Assembly (NCBI GenBank): GCA_963693365.1
Contig: CAVNZM010000013.1
Location: 5,198,640 to 5,262,639, forward strand
Direction of reading: 5' to 3'
From: Amoebidium appalachense
Taxonomy: Eukaryota > Protista > Ichthyosporea
Length of the DNA: 64,000 bases
The notes below the pieces were generated by a model that saw only the letters and a list, made by a program, of their open reading frames with translations, did no database searches and was not told where the DNA came from. Shown piece after piece: positions 20,437-31,857 of the stretch; the first letter of the stretch is position 1; every line of letters begins with the position of its first letter. A program made the translations under genes and the position numbers.

Positions 20437-20617
20437 CTCCCTCTCTCCCTCTTCCCCCTCCTCCCTCCCCCTCCCCTCAAAGTTCCGGGCCTGGCCTGGC
20501 CACCGCACCACATACGACGCGATCACCACGCGTACGTGCGATCACTTCCTCCTTAGTAAATGTTTCATTCGAGCTCCTCTCTACCGATCTGCTGTCCCCT
20601 GCAGCTGACCCATCCAT
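20076..20617 (-). CDS. Putative first two exons of an unidentified gene, possibly a membrane protein
   Basis: GCC-ATG-G start at 20617. Exon 20617-20516 (MDGSAAGDSRSVERSSNETFTKEEVIARTRGDRV) ends at a GTATGT donor. A phase-compatible exon 20208-20076 encodes the hydrophobic stretch KLIFILLIGYI but uses a weak AAG acceptor. A CCAAT cluster lies upstream at 20860-20970. Later exons could not be resolved. Confidence 0.4.
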
Positions 20618-21382
20618 GGCTCTTCACATTGCGCAAACACGTGAACATGTGCGCCGGCCCACACGTGTGACGGGTGACGGGTGACGCCACGGCCATGCGA
20701 AGCCCACATTGGAATGTAAACACGATTTCTCCTAAGACTACACACGGGGGTTATCGAACTTCATGGTGATATTTGCATGCATAAGAAATTTGTTCGATAA
20801 CTGAAAAAATCACCATTCGATTCTTTTATCAGCCCCGCCTATGAGCGAATATGGGACGAACCAATTAAAACAATTGGTATGCATTAAAGCCAATCAAAGT
20901 GGCTTTTGGCTTTCGAAAAGCCAATCGTCTTGATTTATCTCGAAAACCTGCACTGATCTGATTGGCTACATAAATCACTGTTGACTCTGAGGAAATTGAT
21001 TCAATCATGTTTTCCAGGCAAGACAAAGCAGTAAAATCATTATAAGAGTACGAATAAACTGGTTATGATTTATTATAGTATATTGCTATTTCAGTGTTTG
21101 AATGGAAGTATCTAAATAGGCCAGAAACTCTTCCCTATGCCGCTTGCCAGAGTCGCTTGCCTGAAGGCCAGCTCTACGCTCTGGGGGGTACGTGTATTCA
21201 CCATGCATCAGCATTCAAAGTTTGGCAAAAGCTGCTCTCATACAGCTTTAGACTGGTATATTCTATACAAGACCTCCTTGCTTATAGTTTATTAGCTTAT
21301 ATTTTGCATTTACAAGAAATTATACTGCTTTTTTACGCAAGAAACGCCCTTACTTTCCATTCCATGTTCATAGTATTGACAA

Positions 21383-21492
21383 CCAATCACAAATTAGATA
21401 TCTCTCAAAGCGTAATTCCATTGGGTTGTATATTGTTCAAACCAAGGTGGCCAATCACAGGGCCTTGACCGCAGTGTCCTGGAGTATATAAA
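21383..21492 (+). promoter_or_regulatory. CCAAT plus TATA promoter of paralogue 2
   Basis: CCAAT at 21383 and 21451; TATATAAA at 21485-21492, 123 nt upstream of the ATG. Confidence 0.7.
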
Positions 21493-21607
21493 CTAAATGC
21501 AAGCCACTACCCCTTCATTCTTGTTGCGGTGTCACCCAGAGCTAGCCGGAAGTAGATTAGTCAGTGAAAGAAAGAACTTGAGTAATTTTTAGGGTAAATT
21601 AGCGAAA

Positions 21608-22634
21608 ATGAAATACGCTGCTCTTGCTCTGGCCGCCGCTGGCGCCGCACACGCTCAGTCTTCCACCGGTGCCCGTTTCGGTCTGAAGGGTGGCAACTTT
21701 GACGTTAACGGCTTTGCTGCCAACGGCCTGGATGTGTTTGGCTTTGACAAGAACGGCAAGGATGCCTGGGGCCGTCCCATTGACGACGTCTCAGCTGGCC
21801 TTGTTGCCCCTGTCGGCAAAGTCAACCCCCCCTCCAGCAGCTCTGCTCCCCCTCCTCCCTCCTCCTCCACCCAGCCCCCCAAGCCCACCACCACCAAGCC
21901 CCACAAACCCATGAAGCCAACCCCCACCCCCTTCCTCACGCCCACCTACACCACCGTAGACGGGGAGAGGATGCAAGTTGTCGAGTCGACGGTTGTTTTC
22001 CCTCTGAACACCGTCACCGACACTGTCATCAGGACCTACTCTGTCGACATTCGGCCCACCTCCGCCCCCATCCGCCCGGTCGAGTCTACTCGTGTCAGCT
22101 GCTACGGTGGTCAGGTCACTATCAAGCTCCAAAACCCGTGCCCTACCGAGTCCAACAACTTCATGGCTGAGATGCTTATGGCTGAGATTGCTTACGTGTC
22201 TCAGACCAGCCCCTCTGACTGGGACATTCTGGTGAACGATGGCACTTCCATCACCGTGATCACATGCAGTAAGTGGGCATACAACCAGCTCGAGACGACG
22301 GCGCTCGCTCACCCCGAGTCTCTCAACATGGCCGATTTCACTCCCTATGAGATGATCTTCTGTGAGCCTAAGGATGCCCCTAGCGACTGCGACACTGTGC
22401 CTCTCTACTGCTCTAACTCTGGCACGTACCCCGTTAACGGTGTTTGCTCGGGCAAGCGCCGCGGCGGCCCGTGATGCGGACTGCGGCACTGGTTTCTTTA
22501 ACGATAACGGCTACTGCAGCAGGTGTGCACATATCCCCGGCTGCCAGGAGGTCTCGTGCAGCGCCACCGGCAAGTCGGTTTGCACTAAGTGTCACGCCAC
22601 GCTTGCTGTGAGCTCCATCGGTGCCTGCAATTAA
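21608..22634 (+). CDS. Secreted protein, paralogue 2, intronless; one extra base near 22463 splits off the Cys module (341 aa if corrected)
   Basis: ORF 21608-22474 ends KRRGGP*. The next frame continues AARDADCGTG...SSIGACN* to 22634, collinear with paralogue 3 (KRRAVRDVDC...). Confidence 0.88.
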
Positions 22635-23306
22635 GAAATATTGGGCTGTTTTTTTCTGTATATTCTAATGTGACAAACGTGAATTTTGGAATTGGCGATC
22701 ACAAACCATACAAGTATACCGCGTATCTTAATTGGACTGAACCTGGGCCTTGCATACGAGTGTGTGTGTATTTGCCTCAGCAGCAGAGCAGCAGGAAATT
22801 GTTTCCAAATCGTTATGGCCAAATTGAAGGATGATGTGATTCTTGTATATTTATTTGTGTAATTACTATTCCTCTGGAAAGAAATACGAACATAATCCCT
22901 GTCCCTCCCTCCTGGGCTGTGCCCGTTGGGCGCGCACATGGTGAATAATTAAATCCAAAAATCTGTGGATACCAAAAGTTACCCGAGAGTCCTCAGAATC
23001 TCAGAACCATACAAGACATATAAAACACTCACGAAACATAATGCATGCATACGCTGTATCTTATTAACATCTCCCACACAACACTACAATGCACGTGCAT
23101 TCGCACACATCATTCAAAACACACATACGCTGCATGGAATGCACTGCATGCATGCACACACCCAATTACCCAGACACAGGCTCAGACACACAAAAAAACA
23201 CGTGCATACGTACACACCCAGCTTACACACATCCAAAACGCGTACACACCGCACACCCAGCAAATACACATGACACACACTCTAACAAAAACACAAACAC
23301 AAACAC

Positions 23307-23393
<87 letters not shown>

Positions 23394-23926
23394 ACACACA
23401 CGCACGCACACGTCACCCAGACATAGACGGTCACGGAACCCATCCACACATAGTATATGTACCGTCACTCACAGTCGCTTAGCACAAACACACATCACGG
23501 GAACATATGTGTGCACAATGTTACTACACGCACACACACGTGCACACCGGCAAACCAAGTTTCACCTGCCCGGCACGCCGACACGCCGTAAAACATACAC
23601 TCGACCATACGGACACACTGTCACCGAGTTCGTGGCGCTGGCACAAACACACACACACATAATTCTAAAACCAGGATTCAGGTAGTCGACCAGCATTATC
23701 GATTCCCCCCCTCCCCCCCTCCCCCCTCCCCTCCCCCCCTCCCCCCTCCCCCCTCCCCCCCCCCCCCCCCCCCCCCCCCCGCCCTTCCTGCTTTACCCCA
23801 CTGCCCAATCCCCCGCCTCCCGCTGCTCCCCTCTCCCCCCTCCCCCCCCTCGACCCCGTCTTCCCCCGTCTTCTCCCTCCTCTCTCCATCTCTCTCTTCC
23901 CCCTGGGTTTCGTTAAAGAGGTGAAT

Positions 23927-24070
23927 GGGTCGAAACTCGGGTACTGTGGATGACGTGGGCCCCCCCTGAGGATGGGCTCTGCTTGTTATGCATACTCTTT
24001 ATGTATGGGTTGCATTCTGCACCGTGTTATCCATTGTTCTTGTGTACTTCGTACTTTATGACGCATTCAA
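23927..24070 (+). repeat. Dispersed short repeat family A (ctgaggatgggctctgc...tgcatact...gtacttcgtac...gcattcaa then poly-C)
   Basis: Close match to 48305-48411 (reverse strand) and to 31428-31601. Partial copies at ~36069, 37768, 38432, 39286, 41544, 43015 and 45616. Confidence 0.85.
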
Positions 24071-24741
24071 CCCCCCCCCCCCCCCCCCCCCCCCCCCACC
24101 TTCCCCAGATGGATTGGGGTCCCCCTGTGAACGGTTCTACTGTTATTTTGGTGAAAATCAAATCAACCCCTGTAATGAACTCTAAAGAATTCTGGCCCAA
24201 GGAGTTTCCCTCCTTTCTCATTACTCTATATAACCTGCCAAATCCCCCCCCCCCCCCCCCCCCCCCCCCCTGCCTGGCCCATCCCCATCCCCTCTCTACT
24301 CTCTTTCCTCCACCTGAGCCAACTGACCTCACCCCACGTTCACTCACCGTGCCTGCCCAAGCACGAGTGGAAGGTACAAAGAAGTGTCACATACAGAGCG
24401 TCTGAACCTTACAATAATTTAATGTTTGTATTTTTCTTTTGATAAAGGCCCCTTAATAACAGTGGTATTGAGGCAATTTGCCGGTTTAATAAACGGTAAT
24501 AAACCAAAAGCCCCACTACAATTAATAACATGGTTTCACGGTGCACATTGACTCCTAAATGATAATCATTATAGCATTAACATGCTGTGCTTGTTGGCGC
24601 AGATAATATACACGTCAGCACAAAATTCTAACACGGAATGTGCACCCTTGATGTTTGTGCAACTGGTAGATATGTACTGAGCCACACCATACAGATGGCC
24701 GTAAGAGCATAAGTGCCATTATGTTGCATGTGTGAGTCACT

Positions 24742-24866
24742 TTGATTTGAACCTTTTTATTTAATTAGGTCTTATTCAGTACCGCCGTCTAGTGGGTACC
24801 AGCCCCATGGGAACTATATACCTACGTTCTAGACTGAGCCCGTCAGACAGACATGCCAGAACGACG
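24742..24866 (-). mobile_element. 5'-truncated non-LTR retroelement (LINE/SINE 3' end) with 13-bp target-site duplication
   Basis: Direct repeat tgtgtgagtcact at 24729-24741 and 24867-24879. The minus-strand 3' end reads AATAAAAAGGTTCAAATCAA. A second copy lies at 18531. Confidence 0.75.
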
Positions 24867-25007
24867 TGTGTGAGTCACTGTATGCTGTAATTTCCACTCT
24901 ATCGCAGTGTATTTCATATCGAAATTGTGTGCACAAGGGTGTTATGCCCTTGCTTCTTCTTCCTCGTCTTCCTCTCTCGTTCTCTCCCTCTCTCTCCCTC
25001 TCTCTCT

Positions 25008-25048
<41 letters not shown>

Positions 25049-25096
25049 CCTCCCTCCCTCCCTCTCTTTCTCTCTCCTTCGCTCCCGCCCCCCGAC

Positions 25097-25178
<82 letters not shown>

Positions 25179-25386
25179 AGAGAGTCTCTGTGTCCCCCCC
25201 CCCCCCCCCCCCTCCTGTGTTTCAGTCTTGCTCTCTTTCTCCTCTACGAGCCTCTCTCTCCCTCTCTCTCCCCCCCCCCCCCCTCCTCCCCTCCCTCCCT
25301 CCCTCCTGCCTCTTTCTCTCTCTCTCCCTCCCTCTCCCCCCTCTCCCGTGTGTACACATGTTTGTGTGTTTGTATGTGTGTGTGTG

Positions 25387-25419
<33 letters not shown>

Positions 25420-26100
25420 ATCTGTGTGTGTGTGTGTATGTGTGTGTGCTCATCTGCACGTGCACACCCGCACGAGTGCCCGCTCGTCCGTTCATGTCTG
25501 TTTTTTGCTGCATGTGTGTGGGTGTGCTTGTGTGTGTGGTAATTGTACACTTGCATATGGAAGCATGCCTGCATGCCTGCTCAGTCCTTGCGTGTATGCA
25601 CTCCCTTGTACATTACCCTGGTGGCAACATGTGCAGCTTTCTGGCCTTATTTTGTCAAGTAATCATCTTGTGGGCAGCACTGGAGCCTCTATAGATTAAC
25701 ATCTCTGTATGTAGATGTGTGTAGGGGCTGGCTGTGCCTTTCTAAGGCTTTTTTTTTTGTAGGAGGGAGATGGGGGGAAAGGGGGGGCCGGGGAGGAGGG
25801 GGGGGGGGGGGGGGGATGGGCAGGAAAAAATATCAAAACCCCCCCTGTGCCCTTCCCCCCTTCCCCCCCCCCCCCTGTCCCCCCTCTCTCCCCTCACCTC
25901 CTGGGAAGGGGGGGGGGGTGTGAGAGGGGGACTCGCCTGTCCCCAGAGGCGGGGTGGGGGGAGGGGGGGGAGGAGGGGGGAGGAATGCTAACATTACGGG
26001 TAGGCGGGTCATCCCTAAGACCCCGGTGACCGGCCCGTTATCTTGGTGGATCGGCCCTCTTGATTCCCCCCCCCCCCCCCCCCCCCCCCGCCTCCCCCTC

Positions 26101-26136
<36 letters not shown>

Positions 26137-28220
26137 CGGGTCACAACTCCCTCCTGCGTACCTCTCTCTCCCTTCCCCCATCTACAGTACCAACATCTTC
26201 CTTCGTTCCATATTGATCAGCGTTTCAAAGTTTCGTTGAGGCAACGTCAGCATTCACCCTGTCTGTGCGCACACGGGTGTGAGAACGTACGGGGATGTGT
26301 GTGTGTGTGTGTTGCGTGCCCCTCCCGGTGTGGTGAAGTTGTGTGGTGTATGCTACCGTGACTGTGCCTGGTGTCTGCCTGTCCCTGCTTGAGCCCTGCA
26401 CACACTGAGGTGTGTCTACTGTGGCATTAGGCATGTTTGAATACACTGCGTGTTTGTGTGCGTCAGATATGTGTGAAGTCACGGTGTCTGTGTATCGGTG
26501 TGTGTTTGTGTGTGTGTTTGTGTGTGGGGGGGGGGGGGCTGAGGGGGAGCGTAGGGAAGTTGGCGCTGCATCCACACACATGCATGTGCCAGAGATAGAG
26601 AAGAAAGGAGGGTTTATTCATTTCAAGTTTTTTTACTAATTTTTTCCTTTTGTTTTGGGGAGGGGTGGGAAGAGAGAGAAAAACACGGACCCTGGAGAAG
26701 GCACAGTATTTGGGAAGGGAGGAGGAAGGGGATACAGGGAAGAGAGACTATGAGAGAATAAAGGGGCACCGAGAAAGTGTGTGTGTGTGCACTCCATATG
26801 TGCCGCCAAGGCTTCGAGTTCGTTACGGCATGTGTGCATCTGTGTACGTGTGCGTGCATGCGTGCGGGTGTGCGTACATGTGTGCCTGCGTGTGTGCATG
26901 TGTGTGCGGGTGTGTAAGTGTCTGCATATGTCGTTGTCATGCTCTCATGTCCATTTGTTTAGTGTGTTTGTAATCAGGTTGTATCTGCATATCCGTACAT
27001 GCGTGCACATCGGGAGTGTGTGGCACACGAGTCTGTAGGTGTATACAAAACCCCTTGTGTGGATGTGTGCGGATGTGTGCGTGTGCGTGTGTGTGTGTGT
27101 GTGGATGTGTGTGTGTGCGTGTGTGTGTGCGTGTGTATGTGTGTGTGTGCGCAGGCATGCATGTGTGGTTATGTGTGTGGGCGCGTACGTGCATTTTGTT
27201 GTTCTTGCGCATTGATGATGCCAACGTGATGCAGTGATCGTGCCAGTAGTTCTGCTCAAATAAAACAACGTGTTTCTTGCACGTACACTTGTCGTTAATA
27301 AAATATTAAAATAGGTTGAGAAAAGTCGTGCGAGAAAAAGTAAGTCAGGGCGGAGGGTGAGTACTGAGGGGGAGGACACGCAGGTAAGGAACAAGTAATA
27401 CTCACCTTAACAGAACCCAGGTGGCATAGAGAGAGGGAAGACGGGGTGGGGGGGGAGGGTGTGTGTACAGTAGGTGTTTGCGGGGGGAGGGGGGAGGGGG
27501 AAGGGTGGGGGTTTGCTTTATTATAAATTACATCGGGGATTGTGAAGGATGAGGGGAAAGCACATGTATTCAAGTCACAGGGATTGACGACGAGGCTCGC
27601 AGTTATCATAAAGTTTGGCAAGGCCTCGGTGAGCTTTAATACTATCATACTGCAAGATCATCCCCTCCCCTCCCCCCACCCCCCTCCCACTCCAACCTCT
27701 CCCCTCCCTCGTCCAGGACCTCCTCCCGGGCCCCACCTTCCCCCCCCCCCCCCCCCCCCCCCCCCTCCTCAAGTCCCCTCACCCAAAAAAAGAAAGGGAA
27801 AAAGAAAAAAAGAAAGAAAGCATGTGCTAATTGTGGCAGGCAATGGTGGGTAGTGCTAGTTAAATACGTGGCGCATACTGTGCACAGAAACTGTGCAGCA
27901 TGCAGCATTTCCATCTGTCTGCACAAGTCACCTATGCTGCATTCAATACCGTCTACTACAGTATCATAAATGTGTGATCCGGCAACACTGAGTCAAGATG
28001 GGCCGCCTTCATCATTCATCATGATCATGATCATCCACGGCTGCAGGTACACGCCGCCGCAGCCGCCGTCATCGCCCCCCCTCCCCCCTCCTTCACAGAC
28101 ACCCTCCCTCCCTCCTAGCCCCTGCCCAACCCAACGGTTCCAACCCAACCGGTTCCCCACATGTACATCCCTCCCCTCTTTTCCACCCCGGGCCTCCCCC
28201 ACTTCCGGACACCTTTGAAC

Positions 28221-28278
<58 letters not shown>

Positions 28279-28799
28279 TTCAGCCAAAATGCATATGATG
28301 TAGTAGCCCGTCACGGCACACATATGCATGTACGGCTGTCGACATTTCGAAGCCCTCGCGCTTGGCGCGCCAGCGTTTTCATTCCCAGAAATGGCTTTGT
28401 TCGATTATTGGCTTCTTTTTGTTTTGTTTTTTCATTTATTATTTTTCCATAATTTTCGGGGGGTTTTTTTTTGTGTCGCTATTGTAAACTTTTCGCCAGC
28501 AAAACATGTGAAAACATCTTCTTCGCGGACCAATAAGTTGATTGGAATGCCCTGTGTGAATCCGATGTTATCATGCGACAAGATCACAGATGAACCCTCT
28601 CATGCCTAAAAATACAGATAAACCAGAATATCAGTAATTTTTCCCATATATTAGAGCGTTATGAAACATACTTCCATACTTAGGTAAATTATAACCCAAT
28701 TTTTGAATGCTTGTTGTCGCCTAAGCAGACGCGTCAGCATCTACATGTGCGCAATCTTGCACTAGGACACGATGATCGGAATTCGTTCGCACTGATTTC

Positions 28800-28861
28800 A
28801 TTGGCCACAATAGGGAACTAAGCGGTGTGGCCAATCACCATTCAGAACAAGGGACTATAAA
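28800..28861 (+). promoter_or_regulatory. CCAAT plus TATA promoter of paralogue 3
   Basis: ATTGG at 28800. GTGGCCAATCAC with CCAAT at 28831, the same 12-mer as in the paralogue 2 promoter. TATAAA at 28856-28861, 116 nt upstream of the ATG. Confidence 0.7.
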
Positions 28862-28971
28862 TTGATAGAACAATCACGAGGAGTTCACTCTTGTCACAGT
28901 TCGATTCTCGGGTAGAACATTTGTTGCAGAATAGCCCTTTGACTAGAGTTCCTTCAACCCCATACAACAAA

Positions 28972-29991
28972 ATGAAGTTCATTTCCGCTAGCGTTGCTCT
29001 CATCGCCGCAGGCGCCGCACACGCCCAGTCCGGCACGGCCCGGTTCGGTCTGAAGGGTGGCAAGTTCGATATCAACGGCTTTGCCGCCAACGGTCTGGAT
29101 GTTTTTGGCTTTGACAAGAACGGCAAGGATGCCTGGGGCCGTCCCATTAGCGACACCTCTGCCGGCCTGGTCGCCCCCGTCGGCAAGGCCAACGAGCCCA
29201 AGCAGCCTGAGGCGCCCGCTCACCACGAGAAGGACCCCAAGCACCACCACAAGGCCCCCAAGCCCGTCAACCCCACCCCAACTCCCTTCCACACGCCCAC
29301 CTACACCACCATTGCTGGGTCCAAGTACCCCGTTGTCGAGTCGACTGTTGTTTTCCCTCTGAGCACCATCACCGACACTGTCATCAGGACCTACTCGATC
29401 GACATTCAGCCCACCTCCGCCCCCATCCGCCCGGTCGAGTCTACCCGTGCCAGCTGCTACGGTGGTCAGGCCACTCTTGCGCTCAAATTCCCTTGCCCGT
29501 CCGAGTCCAACAACTTCATGGCTGAGATGCTCATTGCTGAGCTTGCCTACGTCACACAGACCAACCGTAACGACTGGGACCTTCTGGTCAACGATGGCAA
29601 GTCCGTTACTGTGATCACGTGCAGTCAGTGGGCATACAACCAGCTCGACATCACGGCCTACGCACACCCCGAGATGCTCAATGCACTCATGTACAACCCT
29701 ACCGATGTCACCCTGTGCCAGCCCCACGAGGACATCGTCACCGGCAACTGCGCAAAGGTGCCACTCGAGTGCAGTGGAACCCAGCAGCTTATCAACGGAC
29801 AGTGCACCCAGAAGCGCCGTGCCGTGCGCGATGTCGACTGCAACAACGGCCAGTTCTTCGACAGCGGGTTCTGCAGCAAGTGCACGCACATTCCCGGCTG
29901 CAGTGAGGTGTCCTGCCGCGCTGCCAGCAAGTCTACATGCAACCAGTGCGTGACTGGTCTCTCCGTCAGCGCCATCGGTGGCTGCAACTAG
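28972..29991 (+). CDS. Secreted protein, paralogue 3 (339 aa, intronless)
   Basis: AAAA-ATG start (MKFISASVALIAAGAAHA). Same domain order as paralogues 1 and 2, strong codon bias, stop TAG at 29989-29991. Confidence 0.93.
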   Translation: MKFISASVALIAAGAAHAQSGTARFGLKGGKFDINGFAANGLDVFGFDKNGKDAWGRPISDTSAGLVAPVGKANEPKQPEAPAHHEKDPKHHHKAPKPVNPTPTPFHTPTYTTIAGSKYPVVESTVVFPLSTITDTVIRTYSIDIQPTSAPIRPVESTRASCYGGQATLALKFPCPSESNNFMAEMLIAELAYVTQTNRNDWDLLVNDGKSVTVITCSQWAYNQLDITAYAHPEMLNALMYNPTDVTLCQPHEDIVTGNCAKVPLECSGTQQLINGQCTQKRRAVRDVDCNNGQFFDSGFCSKCTHIPGCSEVSCRAASKSTCNQCVTGLSVSAIGGCN

Positions 29992-30901
29992 TCGACTAGG
30001 TGCGAAATTTGTGCAAGTGCAAGTGGTAGTAGTTGCATTTTTTTGAGTGCCTAAATGATGGTGGGGATTGGGGTGTACGTAATTGGTTGGATAAGAAGGG
30101 TCACTTGTGCAAAATGAACAACTGTAGGTAAACGAGATTTCCTTGCACGATGTGTGACCTCGCACGACAGATGGCTGCCCGGGCTCCCACATGTGTATGG
30201 ATGACGTATATGTATGAGCAAAAGTATTGTATAAGCAAAATTTTATTGTATTCGCAAGCATTTCAGAGGTTTATGTGCATCTTGTAAATTCCTGTATTCT
30301 GTAAATATGGACATCACAGTGGATTTGATCAACCGAGAGCTGAATGTGTACAAGTATGTCTCTCCATCGTCTTCGTTGGCTGTGCCTTCTTTTATGAGGA
30401 ACAACTGAGTCGAAAAAAGTTGTAATAAAAACTTTCAAAACGATGACTGTCTCGGCCTCTGGTATGTATGCATCCCCCCCCTCTCCCCCCTCTCTTTCCT
30501 CCCTCTCCCCTCTTCTCTTCCTCACCCCTCCCCATCTTCCCCGGCACATTCTCCCCCCCCCCCCCTCCCCCGGCCCATTCTCTCTTTCATCCCTCCCCCC
30601 CCCCCCCCCGCTCCCCCTCCTTTTCCTTCCCCCCTCCCCCCCCCCCCCCGTGGCCCATTCTCTCTTTCCTCTTTCCCCCGCCCTCTCCCCCCTCCCCACC
30701 ACGGGTACCCAAATTGCAACCACAACCGCCTAACGGGTTGCACGACCCCCACCTTTGCTCCCATCTAAACACATGCGAGGAGTGAGGAGCATCTGCAAAC
30801 AACAGCATGCCAACCTCTGAGTCCCACACAAGCACATGCACGGATGCACAGGCGCGTGCACACACACATGCACCCATCCATCCACCCACCCACTCACCCA
30901 C

Positions 30902-31031
<130 letters not shown>

Positions 31032-31427
31032 CACATAGGCACACACATGCGAGAGCGCACCAAGTTGTGCTCCAGATAACTTTTTCATGATAATTAGCCC
31101 TCCATGATCCTCACATTTTCTTCTGAAGGAGCTACTCTAATTTTATTTAAACCCACCGTGATCACTTTAAAACAAAAGGGAGTGAATTGGCTTAGTTAAG
31201 CTTAATTCGAAAGCTTACCCCCCCCCCCCCATGGTTGCTCTGTGTCGTGCATCTGTAAGCACACGCGTTTGTCGCTGCACTGCATTAGTTTGCACACACA
31301 TCTTCACCGTTTTGCTCACCTTGCTTGCATAAGCAACCCTGCTCGTCTTTGATCAAGACGGGTTGACCCACCCAAGTTCAGTTGATGCTGCTGTCTGAGT
31401 TGGAGCGTCGTATATACGCGGGCTAAG

Positions 31428-31601
31428 GGGTCGAAACTCAGACGCAATTGATGACTTGGGCCCTCCCTGAGGATGGGCTCTGCTTATGACGCATACTGTG
31501 CGCATGGCTGATGCTGCATAGTTGAATGTTTGCCTTTGCATGTGTCCTGCACCATGCTTCTCATCGTGTATGCGTACTTCGTACTGTGTTCCGCATTCAA
31601 A
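31428..31601 (+). repeat. Dispersed short repeat family A
   Basis: Shares gggtcgaaactc...gatgacNtgggccc..ctgaggatgggctctgctt and the 3' end gtacttcgtact...cgcattcaaa plus poly-C with 23927-24070. Confidence 0.8.
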
Positions 31602-31804
31602 CCCCCCCCCCCCCCCCCCCCCCTCCCCGCGCTCTCATGGGCAACCCTCCTGCCTATTTTTTCCGGACTAAATCAAACATGGACTCTATCAGTCGTTCAA
31701 TATGAAACGGGTCTAATATTATAACCCCCCGCCTCCCCCCTCCCCCAGAGTGCCCCCTCCCCCCTCCCCCCTTCCCCCTCGTCCCCCCAGAGCTGGAGTC
31801 TGAC

Positions 31805-31857
<53 letters not shown>

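Noticed and set aside
23927-23985. Hammerhead ribozyme core words (GAAAC and CTGAGGA/CTGATGA) in repeat family A
   Set aside because: I could not form stems II and III by hand in any topology, and no GAAA follows CTGANGA. An Infernal search on a family consensus would settle it.
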